Assembly (NCBI GenBank): GCA_964606295.1
Contig: CAZSFR010000001.1
Span: 56,504 to 120,503, forward strand
DNA from: an uncultured Candidatus Saccharibacteria bacterium
Lineage (GTDB): Bacteria; Patescibacteriota; Minisyncoccia; Phycocordibacterales; UBA9973
Length of the DNA: 64,000 nucleotides
Direction of reading: 5' to 3'
Both the position numbers and the translations under genes were made by a program. Positions 1 to 10,986 of this stretch are shown here, piece after piece; position 1 is the first letter of the stretch; the number at the start of each line of letters is the position of its first letter. The notes beneath the pieces were generated by a model that worked only from the letters and a program-made list of their open reading frames with translations, had not been told where the DNA came from and searched no databases.

Positions 1-162
1 TGTATAGAAATCAAATTGTAATGATAGAAGTGCAACAATACAGAAACCAAGTCCCCATCCGATATCTGCTATATCATTTCTTTTGTTTATACTGGCGAAG
101 ATGAAAAGCAGGGTCATGTATATACCTATGAGAAAAGAAATGTAAAGAAAAACGTTTTCCAT
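1..162 (-). CDS. Partial CDS: the N-terminal 54 aa of a membrane protein that continues beyond the window start. Its N-terminus (…NDIADIGWGLGF…) resembles DUF1295 / steroid-reductase-like membrane proteins.
   Basis: Translated by hand from the minus strand: MENVFLYISFLIGIYMTLLFIFASINKRNDIADIGWGLGFCIVALLSLQFDFYT… ATG at 160-162. Below the ORF-track length cutoff. Confidence 0.3.
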   Translation of the reverse strand, partial: MENVFLYISFLIGIYMTLLFIFASINKRNDIADIGWGLGFCIVALLSLQFDFYT

Positions 163-163
163 T

Positions 164-898
164 CTATTGGAGCGTAAACGCCGCTTTCACAGTAATCATG
201 ACCTCCTTATTGATTTGTGATGTGTCGTACGAGCCGTAATCAGTAATTTCTGTCGAGTTGGATGAAAGAACCTGAACGACTCCTGAGGATGCGCTTTTTA
301 GTTTGCCTACATTCTTGCCTGACGCTTCTGCAAGAGCGTTGGCTCTAGCTTCTGCATCTTTTACTGCCTCACCGAGAAGTGACACGCGTAGTTCAGGCAA
401 TGTGGAAATATAGTATTCAAGCGAATTGGTCTGGAAGATAACTCCCTGTCCGATAAGCGCGTCAACATTTTTTGCTACTTGAGTTACTTTGTCTACGTCA
501 CTCGAGTTAACTGTCAGGCTCTGTGTAAGAATATACTCCTTTTCGTTGTAGCTCACTTGCTGACCGTAGCTATAATTTTCATAAAATGAAACAGCGGATA
601 TGGTGATTGCTTCTTCTGGAATTCCAGCAGTCGTTAAGAAATTTTTTACCTTTGTCAAATCAGATGCCATCTGTTGGTAGCCACCGCTAAGACTTGTTAC
701 TTTAGATGCGCGTGTAAACTGAGAGTTCCATTTTACTGTGTCTGATACAACAGAAGCCTTTGCACTTCCGGTAACGGAAAGAGTGTTATCAAGAGATCGA
801 ATCTTGTAAAACGTTACTCCAATTATTATAGAGGCGAGGATAATGGCACTCCCCATTATCGCTCCAAAAGGAATCATGAAGTTTTTGTTTGTTTCCAT
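164..898 (-). CDS. SIMPL-domain (DUF541, YggE-like) periplasmic/surface protein with an N-terminal membrane anchor.
   Basis: N-terminal TM helix, then the block pattern typical of SIMPL proteins (TGSAKASVVSDTVKW…, …ILTQSLTV…, C-terminal VMITVKAAF). 244 aa. Confidence 0.55.
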   Translation of the reverse strand: METNKNFMIPFGAIMGSAIILASIIIGVTFYKIRSLDNTLSVTGSAKASVVSDTVKWNSQFTRASKVTSLSGGYQQMASDLTKVKNFLTTAGIPEEAITISAVSFYENYSYGQQVSYNEKEYILTQSLTVNSSDVDKVTQVAKNVDALIGQGVIFQTNSLEYYISTLPELRVSLLGEAVKDAEARANALAEASGKNVGKLKSASSGVVQVLSSNSTEITDYGSYDTSQINKEVMITVKAAFTLQ

Positions 899-934
899 TG
901 TATTAGTATACGCTTCTTTATATAAATAAGAAAT

Positions 935-1975
935 CTATGTTTTGACACTGAAACTTTCACGGTACATGGAAAGAAGTGTGTGGAGCAAGCTAACTGTGAG
1001 TGGACCTAGGAGGATTCCTGCTGGGCCAAGAAGCGCAATACCGCCTAAAACAGCAAAGAGGATGACGAGTGGCGGAAGAGCCACTCCACGGCCAACGAAA
1101 TAAGGCGTAAGAATGTTGTCTACAAGTCCTACAATAATTGCTGACCACGCGATTAGTCCAAAAGCCTGCGGCTGACTTCCTGTTGCAAGTAGGAAGATGA
1201 CCGCCGGGATCCAAACAAGGCCAGTACCAATCATTGGAATTAGCGAGCCGAGTCCTGCCACTACTCCCCAGAGAGCAGGGTTGGGTACATTGAATATCCA
1301 GAGACCTATCCCCATCAGCACTCCCTGAAGGACAGCGACCAAAAGGTAGCCTTTCACAACACCATTTATTGTCTGCTTCATTCTCTCAAGTATTTTCATG
1401 TCATTAGAATCAGAGAGTGGAGAAAGTTCTATAAGAAATTTTCTCCAATGATCCCCATCTTTGAGAAAATAAAAAAGTGAGAGAGTCATAAGTAAAAGCG
1501 AAAGGACAGTGCCGAGCGTCGCAGTAAAAATATTTGCAACGTTCTCTGTAATGAATGCTACTATATCTGCTATCTTATCCTGAATGTTGAAAGTGGTCAC
1601 CCCAGGAAGTCTCTCATTAAACGAATTTGAGAGATTTAGAATGAAAGGATTGGCGCCACTATCTGTGGTGAGGGTTGTGTAAAGACTTTGTGATTGATGA
1701 AACACAAGTGTCCCTATTCCAAAGAGTGGACCACAAAGAACGACGAGAAATACAAGTACAGTCAAAAAGGCCGCAGGCCATTTATAACCGCGAGTTACCT
1801 TCTGAAGTAAATATGTATATAGCGGAGATATCGCGACAGCGATTGACGCGCTCAAGATGATAACAATGAAGAATGGTTTAATAATGAAAAATGCTAGAAC
1901 TGCAACTAAAAGGAGGAGTCCGAAAAAAAAATATCTTTCATTTAATTTACTTTGCATAGACGCAAAGTATAGCAT
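935..1975 (-). CDS. AI-2E family transporter (PerM/YhhT, UPF0118).
   Basis: Multi-TM protein carrying the family signature GIGLWIFNVPNPALWGVVAGLGSLIPMIGTGLVWIPAVIF. Confidence 0.8.
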   Translation of the reverse strand: MLYFASMQSKLNERYFFFGLLLLVAVLAFFIIKPFFIVIILSASIAVAISPLYTYLLQKVTRGYKWPAAFLTVLVFLVVLCGPLFGIGTLVFHQSQSLYTTLTTDSGANPFILNLSNSFNERLPGVTTFNIQDKIADIVAFITENVANIFTATLGTVLSLLLMTLSLFYFLKDGDHWRKFLIELSPLSDSNDMKILERMKQTINGVVKGYLLVAVLQGVLMGIGLWIFNVPNPALWGVVAGLGSLIPMIGTGLVWIPAVIFLLATGSQPQAFGLIAWSAIIVGLVDNILTPYFVGRGVALPPLVILFAVLGGIALLGPAGILLGPLTVSLLHTLLSMYRESFSVKT

Positions 1976-1988
1976 AGCGTACGAATAA

Positions 1989-2432
1989 CTATATGTTCAC
2001 CTTTCGATACTTTTTGTTCTTCCATTTGTCTGCCATTTTGACTCGAGTGAGCGATCGCTCGAGTTCGCCTTCAAATGCTTCGAAGTCCACGACTTCATTA
2101 CCGTCTTTAAGCTTCTTTAGCTCTTCTGCGCGGGCTTTTGCTTTTGCTAGCACTTCGTCAGATATGTCGGCTACGTGTTCTGCGAAGTCTGCGAGAATTT
2201 TTACGACATTTCCAGAGACTTCGATGAATCCTCCAGAGACTGCCATGGGGACCAATTCCCCATTTACTTTTGCTACCACATCGCCAGAAGCGAGTGTTGA
2301 TATAAGTGGAATATGATCGGGAAGGACGGTGATCTCCCCTTCACCTGTAGGCAAAGTCACCAAATCCACCATCTCGTCGAGGACTATGCGTTCTGGTGTA
2401 ATTATTTTGAGTTGTAATTGTTTAGTCGCCAT
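1989..2432 (-). CDS. atpC: F1 ATP synthase epsilon subunit.
   Basis: 147 aa. N-terminal beta-sandwich motif (LQLKIITPERIVLDEMVDLVTLPTGEGEITVLPDH) and a C-terminal helical tail. Last gene of the atp operon. Confidence 0.85.
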   Translation of the reverse strand: MATKQLQLKIITPERIVLDEMVDLVTLPTGEGEITVLPDHIPLISTLASGDVVAKVNGELVPMAVSGGFIEVSGNVVKILADFAEHVADISDEVLAKAKARAEELKKLKDGNEVVDFEAFEGELERSLTRVKMADKWKNKKYRKVNI

Positions 2433-2439
2433 TTAAATA

Positions 2440-3798
<1,359 letters not shown>

Positions 3799-3820
3799 CT
3801 AGTATTACTGATAATATAAT

Positions 3821-4099
3821 TTATAATTTACTCTCTCTGTATATAAGCATTCGTAGATCGTCATCATTCCTTGCTAGAAGTCCTTTAACTTCATATCTTA
3901 ATTTTTTTAATCTTAATATTTCTCTTGAGACTCCTTCTTCATTATTTCTTTTTTGAAAAGACTCCCCTTTTTTCCATCCATCGTTTATCAAATTTTGACT
4001 TAAGATTATTTGTTTATTTTCATCCAAAATAAAACTTTCACTTATATAAGCAAGTCTACCGAGTTCAGTCTGATTATAATTTTTGTCCGGTGTATTCAT
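3821..4099 (-). CDS. Hypothetical 92-aa protein inserted between atpG and atpD.
   Basis: ORF sitting in a 314-bp AT-rich spacer inside the atp operon. No recognisable domain. Confidence 0.3.
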   Translation of the reverse strand: MNTPDKNYNQTELGRLAYISESFILDENKQIILSQNLINDGWKKGESFQKRNNEEGVSREILRLKKLRYEVKGLLARNDDDLRMLIYRESKL

Positions 4100-4106
4100 A
4101 ATACTT

Positions 4107-5012
4107 TTAACTCACACTTGCCATTCCGGCGCTAATTTCTGATATTTCTTTTGTAATTGCTGCCTGACGGGCTTTGTTGAATGCTAGCGTCAAGTCGTCA
4201 ATCATCTCCCCTGCCGCTTCTGACGCATTCTTCATTGCCATCATACGACTCGACTGCTCTGAAGCTGAGGATTCGAGGATCATCTGGTAGACCTGAGAAC
4301 GTGCGATTTTTTCGACGAGCTTTGACATGAGTGCGTCGTAACCGGGTTCGAAAGTGTAGGAAGTAGCATTTGACTTTTGACCATTGACGTTTGACTCAGC
4401 ATTCTCACCCAATGTTTCTACACTCTTTTCAACTTCACTTATCGAGACAGGAAGTATAGGGCGGATAGCTGGTTTGGAAACGAGAGCGGAGATGAAGTCG
4501 GTGTAAGCAATGTAGACTTTGTCGTATGTGCCGTTTGCGTAGTCTGCCATGATTAGATTTCCTATCGGCAGAACATCGCGAAATGTTGCGTTGTCTGGAA
4601 GCTCTGTAAATGATGCGACTATGTTTTGTCCGAGTCTGCGGAGTGCTGCTTCCCCCTTCTTCCCTACTGCAACAAAAGAAATTTGTTTTCCGTCATTTTC
4701 CTTAATCATTTTCATCACAGCACGGATTATCTGTGCATTGTATGCTCCACAAAGTCCGCGATTGGAAGTGATGAGGACGACGAGGACGTTTTTCACCTCG
4801 CGCTTCTTGAGAAGAGCGTGCTCACTTTCGCCACCTGATTGTGAGAGCGATTCGAGAATCTCCCAAGATGCTTGTGCGTATGGGCGAGATGCGAGGGTCG
4901 CTGTTACAGCCCGCTTCATTTTGGAAGCAGAAACAAGCTCCATGGCTTTGGTTATCTTTTTCGTGTTCTTGACACTCTTTATTCGTCTTTTTATATCAAG
5001 TGATCCTGCCAT
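4107..5012 (-). CDS. atpG: F1 ATP synthase gamma subunit.
   Basis: 301 aa. N-terminal MAGSLDIKRRIKSVKNTKKITKAMELVSASKMKRA and C-terminal …LTLAFNKARQAAITKEISEI are typical AtpG ends. Confidence 0.9.
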   Translation of the reverse strand: MAGSLDIKRRIKSVKNTKKITKAMELVSASKMKRAVTATLASRPYAQASWEILESLSQSGGESEHALLKKREVKNVLVVLITSNRGLCGAYNAQIIRAVMKMIKENDGKQISFVAVGKKGEAALRRLGQNIVASFTELPDNATFRDVLPIGNLIMADYANGTYDKVYIAYTDFISALVSKPAIRPILPVSISEVEKSVETLGENAESNVNGQKSNATSYTFEPGYDALMSKLVEKIARSQVYQMILESSASEQSSRMMAMKNASEAAGEMIDDLTLAFNKARQAAITKEISEISAGMASVS

Positions 5013-5018
5013 AAATTA

Positions 5019-5357
5019 TTAAATAAATTTTAGTAGAATAACAAATACAAAGAAACCTATACTGAAACAGAAAAGAATATTCGATGTCCGCTTGAGCTTT
5101 TTGCATAGAAAAACGTTTGCGGGATCATTTAGTTGTTCTAACTTTTGCGCACGGAGTAACCCTGAGACTCCAAAAACAAAAGAGATGATAAGAAGAATAA
5201 ATGAAGAAAAATATAAGATAATCATCGCTTTGATGAGTAGCGAGCTTTGCGAATCTATTCCCAGAAGGAAGACTATTGATACAGCAACCCAAATTCCAAT
5301 CAATACCTGATTGATTCGTAACACGGCCTTTGCTGTTGTTATAGTTTTCTGATCCAT
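5019..5357 (-). CDS. Hypothetical small membrane protein (3-4 TM) inserted between atpA and atpG.
   Basis: 112-aa hydrophobic ORF in a 348-bp spacer inside the atp operon. Confidence 0.35.
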   Translation of the reverse strand: MDQKTITTAKAVLRINQVLIGIWVAVSIVFLLGIDSQSSLLIKAMIILYFSSFILLIISFVFGVSGLLRAQKLEQLNDPANVFLCKKLKRTSNILFCFSIGFFVFVILLKFI

Positions 5358-5360
5358 ACC

Positions 5361-6866
5361 CTATAAATTAAACGTACTCTTAAAACTCTCAATAGTTTCC
5401 TTCAACTTCGCTTCGCTTGCATCTTCCCACATTTTCTTTTCCCTTACATCAGCCACAAACTCTTTGCAGTTTGCTTCGACATAGTCGATAAGTCCTGCTT
5501 CGAATTCCTTGATCTTTGCTACAGGAATGGAGTCCATAAATCCTCGTGAGAGTGCGTAGAGAGAGATCACTTGGTGCTCGACAACCATCGGCGAGTATTG
5601 TGTTTGCTTCAAGAGCTCGACAGCGCGACGTCCGCGTTCGATCTGGTTGCGAGTTGCGACATCGAGGTCAGAACCGAATTGTGAAAACGCTTCGAGTTCA
5701 CGAAACTGCGCGAGGTCGAGTTTGAGTGTGCCCGCCACTTTCTTCATGGCTTTGATCTGAGCAGATGAGCCAACACGAGACACGGAGAATCCGACGTTTA
5801 CCGCAGGACGTACACCTTTGTAGAAGAGATCAGTCTCGAGGAATATCTGTCCGTCTGTGATAGAGATCACGTTTGTCGGGATGTAGGCAGAGATGTCGCC
5901 CGCTTGGGTCTCGATGATAGGAAGAGCTGTGATAGAACCACCGCCGAAGTCTGCGTTCTTGCGACATGCACGTTCGAGCAAACGTGAGTGGAGATAGAAG
6001 ACGTCTCCAGGATACGCTTCGCGTCCCGGTGGACGGCGAAGAAGAAGTGAGATTTCACGATAGGCGACTGCGTGCTTGGAGAGATCATCGTAGATGATGA
6101 GCACGTCTTCACCTTTGTCCATGAAATATTCAGCTACTGACACTCCAGCGTAGGGAGCGAGGTACTGCATCGGAGATGGATCAGATGCTCCAGCAGACAC
6201 GATGACTGTGTATTCCATTGCACCAGCTTCACGTAGACGAGTTTCGAGTGCGCGGAGCTTTGAATCTTTTTGTCCGATCGCAACATACACACATTTCATG
6301 TTCTGACCTTTTTGGTTCAAGATAGTGTCGATAGCGATAGCAGTTTTTCCAGTCTGACGATCCCCGATCAGAAGCTCGCGCTGTCCTCGTCCGATCGGCA
6401 CGAGAGCATCGATAGCTTTGATACCAGTTTGCACAGGCTGATCCACTGACTGACGCGTAATAACGCCAGATGCTACACGTTCGATAGGAAGTGTCTTTGT
6501 AGACTTTATATCACCCTTGCCGTCAAGCGGTACACCGAGAGGGTTTACCACACGGCCAAGGATCGCGTCCCCTACTGGGATTTCGAGAATACGACCTGTG
6601 AGACGAACTTCCTGACCTTCTTTGATACTGCCGTACTCACCGAGGATGATGATACCGACAGTGTCTTCTCCAAGGTTGAGCGCAACTCCCGTCTCACCAC
6701 CTGCAAAGGTGACCATTTCAGACGCCTTGACTCCACGAAGTCCAGATACCTGTGCGATACCATCTCCGACTTCGAGAACTGTCCCGATTTCTTCGCGTGT
6801 TGTTCCGCCAGAAAAACCAGCGATTTCATTCTTTAACTCTTCTATTATGTGTTGTGTTGAAGCCAT
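5361..6866 (-). CDS. atpA: F1 ATP synthase alpha subunit.
   Basis: P-loop GDRQTGKT and strong overall similarity to AtpA. 501 aa. Confidence 0.95.
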   Translation of the reverse strand: MASTQHIIEELKNEIAGFSGGTTREEIGTVLEVGDGIAQVSGLRGVKASEMVTFAGGETGVALNLGEDTVGIIILGEYGSIKEGQEVRLTGRILEIPVGDAILGRVVNPLGVPLDGKGDIKSTKTLPIERVASGVITRQSVDQPVQTGIKAIDALVPIGRGQRELLIGDRQTGKTAIAIDTILNQKGQNMKCVYVAIGQKDSKLRALETRLREAGAMEYTVIVSAGASDPSPMQYLAPYAGVSVAEYFMDKGEDVLIIYDDLSKHAVAYREISLLLRRPPGREAYPGDVFYLHSRLLERACRKNADFGGGSITALPIIETQAGDISAYIPTNVISITDGQIFLETDLFYKGVRPAVNVGFSVSRVGSSAQIKAMKKVAGTLKLDLAQFRELEAFSQFGSDLDVATRNQIERGRRAVELLKQTQYSPMVVEHQVISLYALSRGFMDSIPVAKIKEFEAGLIDYVEANCKEFVADVREKKMWEDASEAKLKETIESFKSTFNL

Positions 6867-6877
6867 GTGTAATTTGT

Positions 6878-7282
6878 CTATTTGGTAAGTGTTGTTTTCA
6901 ATCTATCGAGCCGACCTTTCAAACTTGCGTCTATGAGATATTCGTCTGTCCTCACTCTCCATCCTCCGATCAGTGTCTCATCCATTTTTTCTTCGAGCAC
7001 TATTTCTTTCGTATGAAATAATTTCTTTACAGCGCTTTCTATCTCTTTTCTTTCGCTCTCACTGAGCTTTGCCGCAACCCCTATCGTTCCTCTCACTCTT
7101 CCTTCTTTCTTGTCTATCAATCTCTCGTAAGCTTTTCGTATATCGTCTATCATACCTGCCGCTTTGTGCTTTACAAGAAAGCCTGAGAAAACTTTGAGCG
7201 CGGCCTTCGCCTCTGTATCGCTTTTCCCTTCAGTCAGAGCGGAGAGGATTTCTGCGTATTCAGTTGTTCCTAGTTTTCTCAT
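6878..7282 (-). CDS. atpH: ATP synthase delta (OSCP) subunit.
   Basis: 134 aa. Sits between atpF and atpA. The C-terminal …[26 protein letters not shown] is the OSCP signature. Confidence 0.8.
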   Translation of the reverse strand: MRKLGTTEYAEILSALTEGKSDTEAKAALKVFSGFLVKHKAAGMIDDIRKAYERLIDKKEGRVRGTIGVAAKLSESERKEIESAVKKLFHTKEIVLEEKMDETLIGGWRVRTDEYLIDASLKGRLDRLKTTLTK

Positions 7283-7291
7283 GTGTGATGT

Positions 7292-7786
7292 TTATACTTC
7301 TTTATTTGCGCTCGTAACAATCTTTGCCTTCAATTCTGCATCGACAACACTGCCAAGGACTTTTTCTGTGCTCGCGATAACGAGACCTGCAAGTTCACGC
7401 CTTGCATCTGTTAGCATCTTTGAATTTTCAGCCAAAAGCTCTGCCTTGCCGCTCTCTACAATCTTCTTTGCATCTTCGTCAGCCTTTTCAATAAGTGCTA
7501 CGCGCACTTTCTCAGCATCTTTCTTCGCAATGCCAATTAATTCCTGTGACTCTTTGCGGGCTTCTGCTATCACTTTCTTGTATTCCGTTTCTGTTTCAGA
7601 AAGTAACTCCTTATGCTTTTTCGCATCAGTAAGCCCGCCTGCAATCTTTTCGCTTCGCTCATTCATGAGCTTGCCGAGCGGCTTGATTGCAAATTTGTAC
7701 AAAACGATGATGACGATCGCAAAGTTCACCATCTGCGCGATGATGAGTCTCCAATCTATGTGAAATGTGTCGATAAGTGAATCCAT
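7292..7786 (-). CDS. atpF: Fo ATP synthase b subunit.
   Basis: N-terminal TM helix followed by a long charged coiled coil. Position between atpE and atpH. Confidence 0.8.
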   Translation of the reverse strand: MDSLIDTFHIDWRLIIAQMVNFAIVIIVLYKFAIKPLGKLMNERSEKIAGGLTDAKKHKELLSETETEYKKVIAEARKESQELIGIAKKDAEKVRVALIEKADEDAKKIVESGKAELLAENSKMLTDARRELAGLVIASTEKVLGSVVDAELKAKIVTSANKEV

Positions 7787-7835
7787 GACAAAGTTAAAAG
7801 TTCTTATAATTTATAAAGTTGAAAGTGTTTCAAAT

Positions 7836-7910
7836 GCACTTAACATTTGACATTTAACATTTGACGCATGCAATGCACGGTCAAATGTCAATGGTCAAAA
7901 GCCAAATGTC
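7836..7910 (-). promoter_or_regulatory. Long imperfect inverted repeat in the atpE-atpF intercistronic region. It has a perfect 9-bp core (ACATTTGAC / GTCAAATGT) and contains repeated TTGACA hexamers. On the transcribed strand it would form an RNA stem-loop.
   Basis: Read directly from the sequence: core arms at 7857-7865 and 7880-7888, with extended imperfect pairing outward from there. Confidence 0.4.
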
Positions 7911-7917
7911 TTGACTG

Positions 7918-8148
<231 letters not shown>

Positions 8149-8221
8149 TTACCTAATAATTGCTCCACAGTATGTGGCTGCGATCCTTGTACGAGAACTC
8201 TCGTGCAAAGATCGCAAACAC

Positions 8222-9169
8222 CTACACCGTAAGACGCTTCAACTCGTCTACTAACTCTTCTGTTGGAGTTTCTTCGTGATGTGACCCCTCGTGCTCAGAA
8301 TGATCCTGTGCAGAAATCGTGAAGTAGACAAGTGTTAGCATTGCAAAGATAAGCGCCTGAATCACGCCGACTAGAATTTCGAGGAAAAGAAACGGCACGG
8401 GCACAAAGTATGCAATGATGGCGGCCATTGATGCCAAAAGCACTTCGCCAGCAAATACGTTTCCAAAGAGACGAAATGAGAGCGATGCAACCTTTGCGAA
8501 TTCTCCGATGATCTCCAAGAGTCCAACAAAGAACGTAATCGGGGCAATGAGTATCACCGTCGGCTCCTTGCGAATCTTGGTGAATATCTCCCCGAGCACC
8601 TTCAAATTAACATATTTATTAAACATTTTCCATCCACCTATGGTGATAATGCCGAAAACGTTTGCACCTACAACAGCTATTATTGCGAGCGCCAGGGTTG
8701 TATTTATATCCGCAGTTCCTCCTCGCAAGAATGGCACGAGCACGCTTTCACCATCGTGACCTACTACTTGCCCTATCGTCCCGCTACCCGGCAATATTCC
8801 AAGCCAGTTGTTGAAAAGGACAAAGAAGAAAATCGATATCGAGAGAGGAAAAATCTTTAGTGTCAGCTTGCGGTCATTTGTAACTTGATCGGCAAGGCTC
8901 AATCCCCCTTCAACTATTATTTCAAAAATATTTTGCAGTTTACCTGGAATTTCTTTGAGACCACGTCTTAGAAAAAAAGCTAGTACTACTAATATAAGTA
9001 CAGCTCCCCATGCGGTTACCAATGAGTTTGTAATTGGAAATTCTCCAATGTAGGCAAGTGGTTCGGCAAAAAGAGTTATCTCGTGAACAATCTCATGCGT
9101 CGAAACATCTCCTTGAGAAGTTTCTATGAGTCCGTGTTCTGTTGTTGTTTCTTCAAATGCTTCTACCAT
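8222..9169 (-). CDS. atpB: Fo ATP synthase a subunit, with a short His/Glu-rich C-terminal extension.
   Basis: Multi-TM protein with the conserved Arg-containing helix motif (…FRLFGNVFAGEVLL…). Sits upstream of atpE. Confidence 0.85.
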   Translation of the reverse strand: MVEAFEETTTEHGLIETSQGDVSTHEIVHEITLFAEPLAYIGEFPITNSLVTAWGAVLILVVLAFFLRRGLKEIPGKLQNIFEIIVEGGLSLADQVTNDRKLTLKIFPLSISIFFFVLFNNWLGILPGSGTIGQVVGHDGESVLVPFLRGGTADINTTLALAIIAVVGANVFGIITIGGWKMFNKYVNLKVLGEIFTKIRKEPTVILIAPITFFVGLLEIIGEFAKVASLSFRLFGNVFAGEVLLASMAAIIAYFVPVPFLFLEILVGVIQALIFAMLTLVYFTISAQDHSEHEGSHHEETPTEELVDELKRLTV

Positions 9170-9170
9170 A

Positions 9171-9437
9171 CTATTCTTTGATTACATCTACATTCTTCTC
9201 AGGTGTCTCAAGTGCGGTCATTGCTTTTCTTGATTCTTTGACTATCCCTATCATTGAAACAATGAATGCTATACCTGTCAGTCCAAGAAAGACAATCGGT
9301 TCAGAATCAAATTTTCGATCAAGCGATTTCCCTACTATTAATGATGCAACTATTGGAAGTGCAATCCATCCTGAAATTTTTAGAAAAAGGAAGAGTGCCG
9401 GTTGCCATGATTTTTTGTTACTATTTTTATTTTCCAT
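9171..9437 (-). CDS. AtpZ/AtpI-like small membrane protein; first gene of the atp operon.
   Basis: 88-aa, two-TM basic protein immediately upstream of atpB. This is the usual position of atpI/atpZ. Confidence 0.45.
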   Translation of the reverse strand: MENKNSNKKSWQPALFLFLKISGWIALPIVASLIVGKSLDRKFDSEPIVFLGLTGIAFIVSMIGIVKESRKAMTALETPEKNVDVIKE

Positions 9438-9488
9438 AACTTATGTGAGAAAGAATCCCTTCTCGCTTATGCCGAGGTTTGCAGGCAA

Positions 9489-9512
9489 GGAACTTTCGGC
9501 TTCTGTCTTACC
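9489..9512 (-). repeat. Partial copy (21 of 23 nt) of the tRNA-Ile internal segment (anticodon 3' stem, variable loop, T-stem 5' side), 30 bp downstream of the intact tRNA.
   Basis: Minus-strand GTAAGACAGAAGCCGAAAGTTCC versus tRNA ATAAGACAGAGGCCGAAAGTTCG. Confidence 0.6.
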
Positions 9513-9541
9513 GCGCCCCGTCGCAATGTTGAAAACTAAGT

Positions 9542-9613
9542 GCGTGTGGAAAGAATCGAACTTTCGGCCTCTGTCTTATCAGGACAGCGTTCTACCACTG
9601 AACTACACACGCA
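9542..9613 (-). tRNA. tRNA-Ile (anticodon GAU). No encoded CCA.
   Basis: Hand-folded cloverleaf. Acceptor stem GCGUGUG/CACACGC with 7 of 7 bp, D-arm GUUC…GAAC, anticodon stem CUGUC/GACAG with loop CUGAUAA, 5-nt variable region, T-arm GAAAG-UUCGAUU-CUUUC, discriminator A. Confidence 0.8.
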
Positions 9614-9680
9614 CTTAATTTTCAAAGCATTACATTGCGACTGGGGTCAGGATCCTAGAATCAAAACAAGTTTGGTACGG

Positions 9681-9705
9681 GACACATCAACGTTCTACCA
9701 CTGAA
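9681..9705 (-). repeat. Exact 25-nt copy of the tRNA-Ile 5' end (acceptor 5' strand plus D-arm), 67 bp upstream of the intact tRNA. No matching 3' half follows it.
   Basis: GCGTGTGTAGTTCAGTGGTAGAACG is present twice, at 9589-9613 and at 9681-9705, both on the minus strand. Confidence 0.7.
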
Positions 9706-9770
9706 CTACACACGCAAAAATGAGCTTTCAGGGCAAGCTCGCGGTCATATAGTAGCAAAATAAGGCTCAT

Positions 9771-9811
9771 TTCGCAAATAAAATAGCCGGTGAACATCAT
9801 TCACCGGCTAT
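9771..9811 (-). terminator. Rho-independent terminator downstream of the 152-aa ORF.
   Basis: Perfect 12-bp stem ATAGCCGGTGAA/TTCACCGGCTAT with a 5-nt loop, followed by a U-rich run on the minus strand. Confidence 0.55.
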
Positions 9812-9816
9812 GAGCA

Positions 9817-10275
9817 TTATGCTCGGTTCTTTATGGCTGTTTTGTGTGTACGTTTTACGTACACACGCTGTTTGAACTTTCTTTGGGGAGTTTGAAATCC
9901 CTCCCCATCAAAAGGTACTTTTTCAACAATTTCGCACCATTCGGGCAAATCGATCGAAAAGCGGATCAAAGCACGAGATTCTTTCGAACCTGCATGTGCA
10001 TCATAATCCCAGCTTAAACGATAAAACTTATGTCCGTTCTTCAGGAGTTTCAAACACCATTCGAAAGGAGCAATGATAATAGGGATCTCCCTGTTCTTTA
10101 TTGCTTTTTCGAACCGCGTTCGGAATTCCTCCCAAGATTTATGTCGCTTCTTTTTTGATGGTAAAATGACCGTATCTTTGCCAAAATGTTTGGTAATGAG
10201 GAATTTTTCTTTTGGCAACAACTCATGTTGTGATAAAAAAACAACATGAGGAAAATCGTCTGTTTTCGAACACAT
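9817..10275 (-). CDS. Hypothetical basic 152-aa protein.
   Basis: Clean ORF ending just before a terminator. No recognisable motif. Confidence 0.45.
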   Translation of the reverse strand: MCSKTDDFPHVVFLSQHELLPKEKFLITKHFGKDTVILPSKKKRHKSWEEFRTRFEKAIKNREIPIIIAPFEWCLKLLKNGHKFYRLSWDYDAHAGSKESRALIRFSIDLPEWCEIVEKVPFDGEGFQTPQRKFKQRVYVKRTHKTAIKNRA

Positions 10276-10371
10276 CTTTCTGTTTGTTTTCGTTAAAAAA
10301 ATTGTTTGTTGTTTTGTTTTTTGGCAAGTCCTCCTATGGCTTGCTTTTATGTTGTTAGAAATTTTGTTTTG

Positions 10372-10935
10372 TTATAAGCATAGCCTCTTGCGCTCGAAGC
10401 TAAAATTAACTTCGCTGATTCGATGAGGTGAAATATATAGACACGGAATGTTCTCATCCGCCTCGTCGAAATCAATTTCTGCATCGTCGGGATTCAAGCA
10501 ATTGAGAACAATCTGGTTCATCTCTGCGTCAGGCTCGATTGAAACTCTGATTGAATCTGTAATCTGCCCGTCTGCAGTATAAAACTGATGTTTGCCGGAG
10601 AATTCTGTTTCTGTAAACAAAACATCTCTTCCTGCAAAAATCTCAACATAAAACGAGATGGATGTAATCACTGGTTGAACATAGTGGTTCCCAATGACAA
10701 ACATCGTTCGTGTCCAATGCATCATCCTCAAAATATCCTCTGCCTCAGAAGAATGGAGTACATTCGCCCTTACTGCAAGTGTGCATGTCTCGTTGTTTAT
10801 ACCAAAATCAAAATTTGTGTCTCTCAGACTTCGGACCAGCGCTTTCACGCTGTCGAAAATCTCTTCTTGATCTGGAACGTCATCTGCAACCTCTCTTAAC
10901 CTAAAGAAAGGAAGTTCGCCTATTAAGTTTTTCAT
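10372..10935 (-). CDS. Hypothetical acidic 187-aa protein.
   Basis: Clean ORF. No recognisable motif. Confidence 0.45.
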   Translation of the reverse strand: MKNLIGELPFFRLREVADDVPDQEEIFDSVKALVRSLRDTNFDFGINNETCTLAVRANVLHSSEAEDILRMMHWTRTMFVIGNHYVQPVITSISFYVEIFAGRDVLFTETEFSGKHQFYTADGQITDSIRVSIEPDAEMNQIVLNCLNPDDAEIDFDEADENIPCLYISPHRISEVNFSFERKRLCL

Positions 10936-10986
10936 GTCAAAAAATTTTTGTGATTATGAAATCTATCTTGCCTCAACTATACCAGT

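Noticed and set aside
9616-9720. Possible second tRNA gene beginning at the duplicated 5' fragment (9681-9705).
   Set aside because: The sequence after the D-arm copy has no anticodon stem, T-arm or complementary acceptor 3' strand. It is only a 25-nt partial duplication.
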